From an uncultured Candidatus Rokubacteria bacterium (GTDB taxonomy: Bacteria > Methylomirabilota > Methylomirabilia > Rokubacteriales > CSP1-6), in contig CAWBMV010000022.1 of assembly GCA_963789955.1 (NCBI GenBank), forward strand, positions 32,001-96,000: a stretch of 64,000 nt of DNA, in the 5' to 3' direction. Shown here piece by piece: positions 53,564-63,357 of this stretch (positions are counted from its first letter, which is position 1; every line of letters starts with the position of its first letter). The translations under genes were made by a program, and so were the position numbers. The notes under the pieces are model-generated. The model was not told the DNA's origin, did not search any database, and was given only the letters and a program-made list of their open reading frames with translations.

Positions 53564-55204
53564 ATGAGCGATCCGGTCACGGTGTCGGTCCTGACGCATC
53601 GCCTCGAGGCCATCGTGCAGGAGATGGGCGAAGCGATGCTGCGCACGGCGTACTCCCAGATCCTGAACTCGAGCCGCGACTTCTCGACGGCCCTCTGCGA
53701 CGCGGGCGCGCGGCTGATCGCACAAGCCGAGCACGTGCCGATCCACGTGGGCGCGATCCCGTGGGCGGTCGAGTCCGTGCGCGACTCCTTCAAGGGACGG
53801 GTGAGACCGGGCGACGTCTATCTCCTCAACGATCCGTATCACGGCAACAACCACCTTCCCGACCTGACGGCGTTCGTGCCGGTGTTCGTCGGCGACGAGG
53901 TCGCCTTCTGGTCCATCAATCGGGCCCACCAGAGCGACATCGGCGGCTCGACCCACGGCGCCTACAATCCGGGCGCTACCGAGATCTGGCAGGAGGGGCT
54001 GCGCATCACGCCGCTGAAGCTCTACGACGCCGGAGAGCTGCGCGACGACGTGCTGCGCATGATCACCACGAACGTCCGCCACCCGCACGACTTCATGGGC
54101 GATCTGCGCGCGATGATCGGCTCGGCGCGCGTCGGCGAGCGGCGGCTGCTCGCGCTCATCGCGGAGTACGGCGCCTCGACGGTGCTCGAGGCGATCGACG
54201 AGATCCTGGACGGCGCCGAGCGCCAGGCGCGCGCGTGCGTCGCCACGTGGAAGGACGGCGTCTATCGCGGCGAGACGATCCTGGACGACGACGGCCACGA
54301 GTTCACCGACATCTGGATCCGCGCCACGGTGACCAAGCGGGGCGATGGGCTGACGGTCGACCTCAGCGACTCGCATCCTCAAGTCACGGGATTCGTGAAC
54401 TCGTCGTTCCCGAACACGATGTCGGCGGTGCACATGGCCTTCGCGTATCTCATCGATCCGCGGACGCCGAAGAACTCGGGCACGTTCCGGCCGGTCAAGG
54501 TGATCGCCAAGCAAGGCACGATCGTCTGGCCGTTTCCGCCGGCGCCGGTGACCCTGGCGACGAATCACTGCGCGCAGGAGATCGCCGAGGCGATGATCCG
54601 GGCGCTGGCGCCGGCGTGCCCCGATCGCGTGCTCTCGGGCTGGGGCCGTCGATTCCGCATCGCGATCAAGGGTGTGAATCCGCGGACCCGCAAGCCGTTC
54701 ATCTGGCACATGTTCCACGCGCGGCCGGGCGGCGGCGCCAGCGTCGCGGGCGACGGGTGGGAGACCGCGGGCGAGGGACAGGCAGCCGGCGGCATCAAGT
54801 TCGGGAGCGTCGAGGTCGCCGAAGCACGGTTCCCGCTGACGTTCGAGCGCCACGAGTTCAGACCCGACTCCGCCGGCGACGGCATGCATCGCGGCGGCGT
54901 CGGCGCGGTGCTGCGCCTGCGGGTCGACATCGAGGATCCGGCGGTCGCCAATACGGCCGGCGACGGCGTGCGCCACGCCCCGTACGGCCTCCTCGGCGGC
55001 AAGGACGGCTTGCCTCATCGCTACCGGCTCGAGTCGCGCGGGCGGGCGAGCCGCGTCTTGAAGACCAAGGAAGTCGGCGTGCCCGTTCGGAAGGGCGACG
55101 TGTTTCTGATCGAGTCTTCGGGGGGAGGCGGCTATGGGCCGCCGTCGAAGCGTGCCCGGCAAGCGCGGGCGACCGATCGCGAGAATGGATTCGTGAAGAA
55201 GTAA
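53564..55204 (+). CDS. Hydantoinase B/oxoprolinase family protein
   Basis: DPVTV, RTAYS...SRDFS, NDPYHG.NHLPD, HQSDIGG, EIWQEG, GGGGYG. Confidence 0.92.
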   Translation: MSDPVTVSVLTHRLEAIVQEMGEAMLRTAYSQILNSSRDFSTALCDAGARLIAQAEHVPIHVGAIPWAVESVRDSFKGRVRPGDVYLLNDPYHGNNHLPDLTAFVPVFVGDEVAFWSINRAHQSDIGGSTHGAYNPGATEIWQEGLRITPLKLYDAGELRDDVLRMITTNVRHPHDFMGDLRAMIGSARVGERRLLALIAEYGASTVLEAIDEILDGAERQARACVATWKDGVYRGETILDDDGHEFTDIWIRATVTKRGDGLTVDLSDSHPQVTGFVNSSFPNTMSAVHMAFAYLIDPRTPKNSGTFRPVKVIAKQGTIVWPFPPAPVTLATNHCAQEIAEAMIRALAPACPDRVLSGWGRRFRIAIKGVNPRTRKPFIWHMFHARPGGGASVAGDGWETAGEGQAAGGIKFGSVEVAEARFPLTFERHEFRPDSAGDGMHRGGVGAVLRLRVDIEDPAVANTAGDGVRHAPYGLLGGKDGLPHRYRLESRGRASRVLKTKEVGVPVRKGDVFLIESSGGGGYGPPSKRARQARATDRENGFVKK

Positions 55205-55229
55205 TCGGGGGAGCCGAAGCTCCCCCGAT
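55204..55229. terminator. Hairpin between convergent genes (possible bidirectional terminator)
   Basis: ATCGGGGGAGC-CGAA-GCTCCCCCGAT perfect 11-bp stem; weak U-tail. Confidence 0.6.
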
Positions 55230-55241
55230 GTTGCGACGCCG

Positions 55242-55451
55242 CTACGAGGCGGCCGAGGCGCCGGTCGCCGGAGCTCCGACCGCCGCGTGGCTGCCCTGCA
55301 GCTTCCGTCCGACGTTGATCAGCGCAAGACCGAGCGCCACCCGGAACGGCGGCCGTTGCCGCACCGAGCCAGCCAGCTGCTCGCGCACCATCGCGGCACG
55401 GATCTCGTCCAGACGCTCCTTGGCCCACCACTCCACCAGATACACGTTCAT
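55242..55451 (-). CDS. Small hypothetical protein (about 69 aa)
   Basis: MNVYLVEWWAKERLDEIRA...ALGLALINVGRKL; ATGA overlap with the upstream ORF. Confidence 0.55.
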   Translation of the reverse strand: MNVYLVEWWAKERLDEIRAAMVREQLAGSVRQRPPFRVALGLALINVGRKLQGSHAAVGAPATGASAAS

Positions 55452-55861
55452 GTCCATGACACCGATCTCCCTCTCGGCGTCGCCGCCGGAACCGTCATGG
55501 GGATTCGTCGTGGTACGGGTTGCTCCTGCGGCGTCAGCACGATCTCGAAGTGCCGCGGGCTCGTCCGCTCCGCGGTGCTGAAGGCGCGGTACGCAGCGCT
55601 CAGCACCTGCATGATCGTGTCGGGCCGATCGAGCGGCACCGGGATCGAGAGCCGCCAGCCCCGCCCGAGCTTCCGGCGCACCACCGGCGACACGACGGCG
55701 CCGAGCTCCGCGTGGATCGCGTCGGTCACCGCGATCTGGCGCGCGATCTCGGCGAGCCGCACGTGCTGCCGCCAGTTCGAGATCTTCAAGGCCGCGATCA
55801 GCAGTCCGAATGGGAACAGCGCCACCAACAGCGACAGCGTGCCAAGCGTTACGGATTGCAT
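55448..55861 (-). CDS. Hypothetical protein with an N-terminal TM helix
   Basis: GGGAGG RBS; RQIAVTDAIHAELGAVVSPVV. Confidence 0.6.
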   Translation of the reverse strand: MQSVTLGTLSLLVALFPFGLLIAALKISNWRQHVRLAEIARQIAVTDAIHAELGAVVSPVVRRKLGRGWRLSIPVPLDRPDTIMQVLSAAYRAFSTAERTSPRHFEIVLTPQEQPVPRRIPMTVPAATPRGRSVSWT

Positions 55862-55927
55862 GTCGACCTCCCCTTCTGCTCCCTATGACACCGCGGGGAG
55901 GGCGGCGTGAAAACGACGAGAGAAGTG

Positions 55928-56899
55928 CTAGGCGGCGAGCGGGTGGAGATCCGGCCGGCAGCTCGTACAGGGGACGAGGCCGAGCGAGCCGGCGAGCTCG
56001 CGCGACGCCAGCAAGGTGACAGGCCCGATCGGACGGCGCGCGATGTCGCCGCACGTCGGCAGGCAGTACTCGTGCTGGTCGTTGCGCTCGTAGTGGTAGA
56101 GCGTGTTGCGCGCGACTCGCGAAGCGCCACGCTTGCCCATCGCCTGGATGCCTTCGACGGCGAGGAGCTGCTGCTTGAGCCCGACCTTGTCGCCGGAGTA
56201 GCCGGTGAGCGCGCCCGAGGTTCCGATGATGCGGTGGCAGGGCACCACGATCGGCAGCGGGTTCCAGCGCAGGGCCTGCGCGACGGCGCGCGTGGCCGCC
56301 GGCTTGCCGATCTCGGCGGCGATGCCGGCGTAGGACGTGACGGCGCCGTAGGGGATCGCGGCGGTCGCGCGGAGCACCGCGCGGTGGAAGTCGCTGCGCG
56401 CCAGACGGAGGTCGAGCGGCCACTCCAGGCGCGTGCGGTCGCCGCGCAGGTACTCGAGCAGCTCACGATAGAGCGTCTCGACTTCGGCGCCGTCCTCCTG
56501 CAGATCGACCCCGGCGACCCGGCCGAGCCGGGAGGCCTTCACATCGGCGCGGCCGTGCAGATATTCGACGAGCGACACGCCGTGCTCCGAGCGCGCGATG
56601 AGAATGTGTCCCAGCGGCGACGGGAACACCCGGTACGACACCAGCCGCGATTTCAGGTCCGCCAGCTTCGACTCGAGACCCTCGCGCGCCCGCGCCGCGC
56701 TTTCCGCCCCCGCCGGCGTCCGCCGGAGCGCGCCCACGACGCCCTCGATCTCGCGATAGCGGTGGAACTCGCCGCGGCATGCGCCGCAGGAGTCGATGTG
56801 ATGCTCGACCCGCCGCGCGGTCGAGGGCTCGGCGTCGCCCGTGGCCGCGGCGATGAGGTCGGGTTCGATCTCGAGGCACACTCGTGCTTTGCGCGTCAT
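55928..56899 (-). CDS. Fusion of zf-HC2 anti-sigma domain, O6-alkylguanine-DNA alkyltransferase and Ada-type Zn-binding domain
   Basis: HIDSCGAC (HxxxCxxC), IPYGAVTSY, RAVAQAL..NPLPIVVPCHRII, C-terminal YCLPTC...PCTSCRP. Confidence 0.85.
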   Translation of the reverse strand: MTRKARVCLEIEPDLIAAATGDAEPSTARRVEHHIDSCGACRGEFHRYREIEGVVGALRRTPAGAESAARAREGLESKLADLKSRLVSYRVFPSPLGHILIARSEHGVSLVEYLHGRADVKASRLGRVAGVDLQEDGAEVETLYRELLEYLRGDRTRLEWPLDLRLARSDFHRAVLRATAAIPYGAVTSYAGIAAEIGKPAATRAVAQALRWNPLPIVVPCHRIIGTSGALTGYSGDKVGLKQQLLAVEGIQAMGKRGASRVARNTLYHYERNDQHEYCLPTCGDIARRPIGPVTLLASRELAGSLGLVPCTSCRPDLHPLAA

Positions 56900-57477
56900 C
56901 GCGGTCGCTCCATGCCGAACGGGCTGGTCTCGGCAGGCGATGCCCGCCTTTCGACGCCTCCGGGGGCCGGAAGCTCGTGACCGTTGAGACTCAGCCGGAT
57001 CTTGCGCAGGGCTTGAAAGACGTGCGCCCGTGCGCTCTCGGCCGAGCAGTCGAGGCTTCGGCCGATCGCTTCGTAGTCGAGATCGTGGATCTTGCGCATG
57101 ATGAACGCCAGGCGCTGCTTGAGGGGAAGGCTCTGGACGGTGCTCTCCACGAGCGTTCGGGCCTCGCCGAACCGCGCCTCGTCCTCCGGTCCCTCCAGAT
57201 CGGCTTCGCGGCTCTCCACCGATACGGCCTGGTGGGCGACCCGTCGGCGTTTTTCCGACCGGAAATGATTGCGACTCAGATTGGTGGCGATCGCGAAGAG
57301 CCACGCCCGCACGTTGGCGTCCGGGCTCAAGGTTCGGTAGGCCCGATAGGCCCGGAGGAACGTCTCCTGGGACAGGTCTTCCGCCTCCGTCGGTCGAGAG
57401 GTGACTCGTCGGAGGTAGCGATAGATCTCGCCGTGATGCGCGCCCACGATCGTCTCGAACGGTTGTGCACCCATCAT
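56896..57477 (-). CDS. ECF RNA polymerase sigma factor
   Basis: AEDLSQETFLRAY, WLFAIATN, LPLKQR.AF, YEAIG..L....ESARAHVFQALRKIR; ATGA overlap with the downstream gene. Confidence 0.9.
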   Translation of the reverse strand: MMGAQPFETIVGAHHGEIYRYLRRVTSRPTEAEDLSQETFLRAYRAYRTLSPDANVRAWLFAIATNLSRNHFRSEKRRRVAHQAVSVESREADLEGPEDEARFGEARTLVESTVQSLPLKQRLAFIMRKIHDLDYEAIGRSLDCSAESARAHVFQALRKIRLSLNGHELPAPGGVERRASPAETSPFGMERPR

Positions 57478-57547
57478 CTGTGAAAACACCGCCGGAGCCT
57501 GGTTGTGAAAACCTCCGGCGGGCTCAGCACATGATAAGGTATTCCGC

Positions 57548-58730
57548 GTGAGCGAGATAGCCGACGTCGTCGTCGTCGGAGGCGGGGTCAACGGCGTGAG
57601 CATCGCGTATGCGCTCGCCGCGCGAGGCGTCGGGCGCGTCGTGCTCTGCGAGCAGGCTGCGCTGGCCAACGGCGCCTCCGGGCGCTCGAGCGCGCTCGTC
57701 CGCATGCACTACACCAACGAGTGGGACGCGCGTCTCGCGTTCGCCAGCTTTCCGATCTTCCGCCATTGGCCCGAGATCATGGGCGGGCCGTCCGTCTTCA
57801 CGCACACCGGATTCGTCAACGTCGTCGCCCCGCCAGTACGCCGACGCGCTCCGGAAGAACGTCGAGATGCTGCGCGGCATCGGCGTGAATACCGTGGCGA
57901 TGACTCCCGGCGGGCTCCGCGATCTCCAGCCCTTCGCCAACGTCGATGACATCGGCGCCGCCGCGTGGGAGCCCGAGAGCGGGTACGCGGATCCGGCCAC
58001 GACGGTGGATGGATTCGCGCGCCGGGCGTCCGAGCTCGGCGCGCAGATCCGCCAGTGGTCTCCGGTCCGGACGATCCTGCGCCGCGAGAGTCGTGTGATC
58101 GGTGTCGAGACGAGCGCCGGGCGCATCGACGCCGGTGCCGTCGTCGTGGCCGCGGGCGCGTGGGCTCCGCGGATCTGCCGCGAGATCGGGATCGAGCTTC
58201 CGGCACGGCCGAAAGGGATCGACACGGTGCAGGTCACACGCCCGCGGGCGCTGGCGCAGCCCCACGTGATCTTCATCGACAACGTGCTCGGTACCTACTT
58301 CCGGCCCGAGAGCGGCATCCGCACGATCGTCGGCGTGCCGTGCCAGGAGTGGGATCTCGATCCCGACGCGCCGATGGTGCTGGCGCCGAGCGCGCCGAGC
58401 GTCGGTGCCCAGATGTTGACGCACCGGATCCCGGCCATGGAAGGCGCCACGCTCGCGCGCGGCTATCGCGCCGTCGATTGCTATAGCCGCGACCGACACG
58501 CGATCCTCGGACGCGTGGACGGCATCGACGGCCTCTATCTCGCGACCGCGTTCAGCGGCTCGGGCTTCAAGATCGCGCCCGCCGTGGGCGTGTGCATGGC
58601 CGAGCTGATCGTGGACGGTCGGGCGAAGACGGTCGACATCGACGCGTTCAGTCTCCGGCGGTTCGCCGAGGGGAAATCGCCCGAGGGACCGTATCCGTAC
58701 GCGATCCGGCGCGACCACACCGACCGTTGA
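57548..58730 (+). CDS. FAD-dependent oxidoreductase, DAO/sarcosine oxidase family (frameshift near 57830)
   Basis: VVVVGGGVNG, GASGRSSA, EPESGYADP, VAAGAW, FSGSGFKIAPAVG. Confidence 0.88.
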
Positions 58731-58815
58731 CTTGCTCGTGGGCGCCGACTACTTTGGCTGAGCGACGGTCGCCCGGCGTCGCGCGTGGAGCCCGTGACCG
58801 GCGAGGAGGATTCAC

Positions 58816-59439
58816 ATGTTCAAGCGGACGATAACTTCCGAAAAAGAGCTGCGCGATCTGATGGGCACGCCGAGTGAGCGGGCAATCAAGAAGGAATCGC
58901 CCTTCATCGACGCGCCGAGCCGGGAGTTCATCGCCCACGCGCCGTTTCTCCTGCTGGCCACGTCCGACGCCACGGGCCGCTGCGACGTCTCGCCCAAGGG
59001 CGACGCGCCTGGCTTCGTGCGTGTGCTCGACGAGCGGCACCTGGTGATTCCCGATCGTCCGGGCAACAAGCGCCTCGACGGGCTGCGCAACCTCATCGAC
59101 AATCCGCACGTCGGCCTGATCTTCCTGATCCCCGGGCGCGAGGAAACGTTGCGCGTGAACGGCCGCGCCTCGATCGTGCGCGACGAGGACGTGCTGGACT
59201 CGCTGGCGGCGAAGGGCAAGCGGCCGCTCGTCGCCATCGGCGTCCAGGTCGAGGAATGCTTCCTGCACTGTCCCAAGGCGTTTCGGCGCTCCCAGCTCTG
59301 GGAGCCCGAGGCGTGGCCGGATCGCTCCGTTCTGCCGTCGATGGCGTGCGTGCTCTACGACAAGCTCCAGCCGGAAGGTAAGAGCCTCGAGGACTACGTG
59401 CGCGAGAGCGAGGAAGGCATCCAGAGGACGCTCTACTGA
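58816..59439 (+). CDS. Pyridoxamine 5'-phosphate oxidase-like FMN-binding protein
   Basis: DVSPKGDAPGFV, PDRPGNKR.D.L.N, IPG..ETLRVNG, FLHCPKAF.RS. Confidence 0.88.
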   Translation: MFKRTITSEKELRDLMGTPSERAIKKESPFIDAPSREFIAHAPFLLLATSDATGRCDVSPKGDAPGFVRVLDERHLVIPDRPGNKRLDGLRNLIDNPHVGLIFLIPGREETLRVNGRASIVRDEDVLDSLAAKGKRPLVAIGVQVEECFLHCPKAFRRSQLWEPEAWPDRSVLPSMACVLYDKLQPEGKSLEDYVRESEEGIQRTLY

Positions 59440-61481
59440 GCCGACGCTACCGTATCGGTATCGACGTCGGCGGTACCTTCACCGACCTGGTCGCGGTCGA
59501 CGAGCGTGGCTCGCTCGCCATCGCCAAGTGCGCCTCGACGCCGCCAGACCCGTCGCTGGGCCTGATCGACGGGCTCGGGCTCCTCGCCGCCGAGGTCGGC
59601 ACGGACCTGCACGGGCTCCTCGAGCAGACCGAGTCGATCGTGCACGGCACCACGGTCGCGACCAACGCGCTGCTCGAGCGGAAGGGCGCGAAAGTCGGTC
59701 TGCTGACGACCGAGGGCCACCGCGACGTCATCGAGATGCGCGAAGGCCTGAAGGACGACCGCTACAACCTGCGCATGCCGCCTCCGGTGCCGCTCGTCCC
59801 GCGCGCTCGCCGACTGGGCGTGCGCGAGCGCCTGCGCTTCGACGGCACCGTCGCGATCCCGCTCAGTGCCCGTTCGCTCCAGGCGTCGATCGCGGCCCTG
59901 GAGAAGGCGCGCGTGGACGCGGTCGCCGTCTGCTATCTGCACTCATACCGCAACGATCGGCACGAGAAGCTGACCGGGCGTGCGGTGGCGCGCCGCCTGC
60001 CGGGCGCGTACGTCTCGCTCTCGTCCGAGGTTCTGCCGCAGATCAAGGAATACGAGCGCGTCTGGACCACGGTGGTGAACGCGTACGTCGGACCGGCGCT
60101 CGCGAGCTATCTGAAGAATCTCGCGGCGCGCCTCGCGAGCCACGGCTATCGCGGTGACGTCCTGATCATCCAGTCTCACGGCGGCGTGGCGCCGGTGCGC
60201 GAATCGACGCGCCTGGCGGCGGGGGCCGTGCTGTCGGGGCCGGCCGGCGGTGTCGCCGCCGGGCGCTACTGCGCGCGGCTTCTCGACGAGCCGAACCTGA
60301 TCACGTTCGACATGGGCGGCACGTCGACCGACATCGCGCTCCTCCAGGGCGGCGAGCCGCAGCTCACCGGCGAAAAGACGATCGGCGTCGCGAAGGTCGC
60401 GCTGCCGGCCATCGACATCCACACGCTCGGCGCCGGCGGCGGCTCGGTCGCCTCGGTCGACCCGGGAGGGATTCTCCACGTCGGACCCGAGAGCGCCGGC
60501 GCGCAGCCGGGCCCGGCCTGCTACGGCAAGGGCGGCACGCGCGCGACGGTGACCGACGCGAACCTGGTGCTCGGCTTCCTCGATCCCGCGAACTTCCTCG
60601 GCGGTCGTATCGCGCTCGACACCCGCGCGGCCCGGACCGCCGTCGACGCGGTCGCGCGAGACCTGGGCACGACGGCGCTCCGGGCGGCCGAGGGGATCTC
60701 GCGCGTCGTCAACACCAACATGGCGGAAGGGATCAAGATCGTCTCGGTCCGTCGTGGCGTGGATCCGCGCCGGTTCGCGCTGGTCTCGTTCGGCGGCGCC
60801 GCGGGACTGCACGTGACCGAGGTCGCGCGCCTCCTCGAGATTCACCGGGTCGTCGTGCCGTCGGTGGCCGCGGTGCTCTCGGCGTGGGGCATGCTGGCGA
60901 CGGATCTGCGCTACGAGCTCGTGCGCTCCCACGTGAGCGAGGTGGGACGAATGACGGCGGCGGGCCTGCGCAAGCTCTTCGCGACGCTCGAGCGCGAAGG
61001 GCGAAAGCGGCTCGCCCGCTTCGACGGGCCGGTCACGGTGCGCCGCGCGCTCGACATGCGCTACGGCGAGCAGATTTTCGAGATCCAGGTGGACCTCGAC
61101 GGGGTCGAGCTCCAGGCCGGGGACCTCCTGGAGCAGGTGGCCGAGCGCTTCCATCGGCGGCACGAAGAGCTCTACGCCTACAGCGCGCCGGGGCAGGAGG
61201 TCGTCATCGTCAACGCCCGCGTCGCGGTCGTCGGCGCGCTGCCGGTGCTGCCGGCCGGCGCCGGTGCGATCGGTCGAAGCGCCGCCGCGTCTTCCGCGCG
61301 CCGTCGCGTCTGGCTGGGCGACTGGGTCGAGGTGCCGCTCTACCGCATGGAGACGCTCGCGGCCGGGCTCGAGGTCAAGGGCCCGGCGATCTTCGAGTCG
61401 GCGACGACGACGGTGCTGGTGCGCGAGTCCGAACGCGTGACCGTCACGCCGCACGGCTGGCTCGACATCCGGCTCGGCTGA
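59436..61481 (+). CDS. Hydantoinase A/oxoprolinase family protein (apparent CTG start)
   Basis: Frame open from CTG 59436: YRIGIDVGGTFTDL, HGTTVATNALLE, SGPAGG, DMGGTSTD, GAGGGS, GP.SAGA.PGPACY. Confidence 0.9.
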   Translation: MSRRYRIGIDVGGTFTDLVAVDERGSLAIAKCASTPPDPSLGLIDGLGLLAAEVGTDLHGLLEQTESIVHGTTVATNALLERKGAKVGLLTTEGHRDVIEMREGLKDDRYNLRMPPPVPLVPRARRLGVRERLRFDGTVAIPLSARSLQASIAALEKARVDAVAVCYLHSYRNDRHEKLTGRAVARRLPGAYVSLSSEVLPQIKEYERVWTTVVNAYVGPALASYLKNLAARLASHGYRGDVLIIQSHGGVAPVRESTRLAAGAVLSGPAGGVAAGRYCARLLDEPNLITFDMGGTSTDIALLQGGEPQLTGEKTIGVAKVALPAIDIHTLGAGGGSVASVDPGGILHVGPESAGAQPGPACYGKGGTRATVTDANLVLGFLDPANFLGGRIALDTRAARTAVDAVARDLGTTALRAAEGISRVVNTNMAEGIKIVSVRRGVDPRRFALVSFGGAAGLHVTEVARLLEIHRVVVPSVAAVLSAWGMLATDLRYELVRSHVSEVGRMTAAGLRKLFATLEREGRKRLARFDGPVTVRRALDMRYGEQIFEIQVDLDGVELQAGDLLEQVAERFHRRHEELYAYSAPGQEVVIVNARVAVVGALPVLPAGAGAIGRSAAASSARRRVWLGDWVEVPLYRMETLAAGLEVKGPAIFESATTTVLVRESERVTVTPHGWLDIRLG

Positions 61482-61485
61482 CCGC

Positions 61486-62734
61486 GTGAGCGGAAACCTC
61501 CGCCACAACCTGGCGGCGCTCGGCGCCGACTATGCGCTCTTCGTCGTGGGGCTCGCGTTCGCGTCGCAGTCCACGATCTTGCCGGCCTTCGCCGTCTATC
61601 TCGGCGCGCCCAACGTCGTCATCGGCGCGATTCCGGCGGTGATGACCCTCGGCTGGTTCATGCCGTCGCTGTTCGCGGCGGGTCACACCGAGACCCTCGA
61701 GCGGAAGCTGCCGTTCGTGATACGCCACACGATCTGGGAGCGCGTGCCGTTCGTCGTCCTGGCGCTCGCCGCGTTCTTCCTCGCCGACCGCGCGCCGGCG
61801 CTGACGCTCGGCGTGATGCTCCTGGTATTGCTCGTGGTGACCGGCGTCGGCGGCGTGCTCATGCCGGCGTGGATGGACCTGATCGGTCGAGTGGTCCCGG
61901 TGACCCTGCGCGGACGGTTCTTCGGCTTCGCGAATCTGGCGGCCAGCGCGGGGGGGCTGGCCGCCAGCGTCGCGACCGCGAGCATCCTGGCGACGGTTCC
62001 CGCGCCGGCCAGCTACGGTTGGTGCTTCCTGTTGACGTTCGTGTGCCTGGCGCTCTCGTTCGGTGCGCTGGTGGTCGTCCGCGAGCCTGCCTCGGGCTCG
62101 TCGGCGCCGGCCGTACCGCTCCGCGAGTATCTCGCGCGGATCCCGGCGCTCCTCGGCCGCGATCCGAACCTCGCCTGGTATCTCACCGCGCGCGCCTTCG
62201 GCGTCGTGGGATCGATCGGGAGCGGCTTCTACACCGTGTACGCGCTACGCGCGTGGGACGCGCCGGCCGCGCAGGTCGGCGTGTTCACCACGCTCCTTTT
62301 CGTCGGCCAGATGGTGGGCAACACGCTGCTCGGGTGGCTCGCCGACCGGCACGGGCATCGCCTGGTGATCATCCTCGGTCTGAGCGCCACGCTCGCCGGC
62401 AACCTGATGGCCATCGCGGCGCCGACGCTCGGCGTGTTCGGCGCCGTCTTCGTGATGATGGGAATCCAGATCGCCGCGATGAACGTGTCGAACCTGAGCG
62501 TGATGCTGGAATTCGCGCCGGCGCCGTCCGAGCAGCCGACCTACGTCGGTCTCGGCACGACGCTTGGTGGCGCCGATCGCCTTCGGGGCGCCGCTGGCGG
62601 CGGGGCTGCTGGCGGACGCGCTGGGCTTCCTCGCGGTCTTCGTGGTGGCGGCGATCGCCGTCAGCGTCGCGCTCGGTCTCCTGATCGCCCGCGTGCGCGA
62701 CCCGCGTGCGATGGTCGCGCCGCGCGTCGCCTGA
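61486..62734 (+). CDS. MFS transporter (frameshift near 62567)
   Basis: About 12 TM helices, RGRFFG, GWLADRHGHR. The C-terminal helices continue in another frame to TGA 62734. Confidence 0.82.
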
Positions 62735-62737
62735 GCG

Positions 62738-63080
62738 CTACTTCGCGCGCTTGACGCGCTCGATGGCCGGGTCGTCGACGACCGGCGCATCGCTCGGCAG
62801 CGACAGCGCGATCGTCGCCCCCGGCTCGACCAGTAGATCGATCTCGGCGACCCGCTTCGAGAACGCCGCGAGGATCACACCCTGGTCGGTCTGCACCTTC
62901 ACGAGCACCCGATTGCCCTCGCGCTGCTTCTGGAGGACCTGCCCCTCGACGACGCGCGACTTCAGGCGCAGCTCCTTCGGCAGATAGGGATCGACGCGCG
63001 GCGGCACGTAGATCGTGCCGGCCACGCCGAGCGCGGCGCCGACCAGCAAGCGTCACGATCAGGACGATCCAGCCTCTCAT
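62738..63080 (-). CDS. Small membrane-anchored hypothetical protein (frameshift near 63050)
   Basis: MRGWIVLIVT plus LLVGAALGVAG...EGQV..KQREGNRVLVKVQT; ATGA overlap with tatA. Confidence 0.65.
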
Positions 63081-63259
63081 TTGGCCTCAGGCTTCTCGGG
63101 GGTCGGCTCCGGGGGCTTCTGGTCCGGCGTTTCCTCGATGCCCTTCTTGAATTCGCTGAGGGCTTTGCCGAGCGAGCGAGACAGCTCGGGAAGCTTCTTG
63201 GCCCCGAAGAAAAAGACGCCGATGGCGAGCGCGATGAGCAAATCCTGCGTGCCGATCAT
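63077..63259 (-). CDS. tatA: Twin-arginine translocase TatA/E subunit
   Basis: MIGTQDLLI...FFGAKKLPELSRSLGKALSEFKKG; AAAGGAG RBS. Confidence 0.92.
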   Translation of the reverse strand: MIGTQDLLIALAIGVFFFGAKKLPELSRSLGKALSEFKKGIEETPDQKPPEPTPEKPEAK

Positions 63260-63261
63260 GG

Positions 63262-63357
63262 TCGTGCTCCTTTGTCCGTCCGCGGACTAGCAAGTGGTGT
63301 CCGTCAATTCCGGCGTTGTCGTCGCCTCGGACCACTCACGCGGACGGTGGAGCACGA
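63262..63357 (-). promoter_or_regulatory. RBS-sequestering stem-loop pairing the uORF RAPP codons with the tatA Shine-Dalgarno
   Basis: Two perfect 9-bp inverted arms (63262-63270 with 63349-63357; 63276-63284 with 63339-63347) plus an inner bulged stem. Confidence 0.75.
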
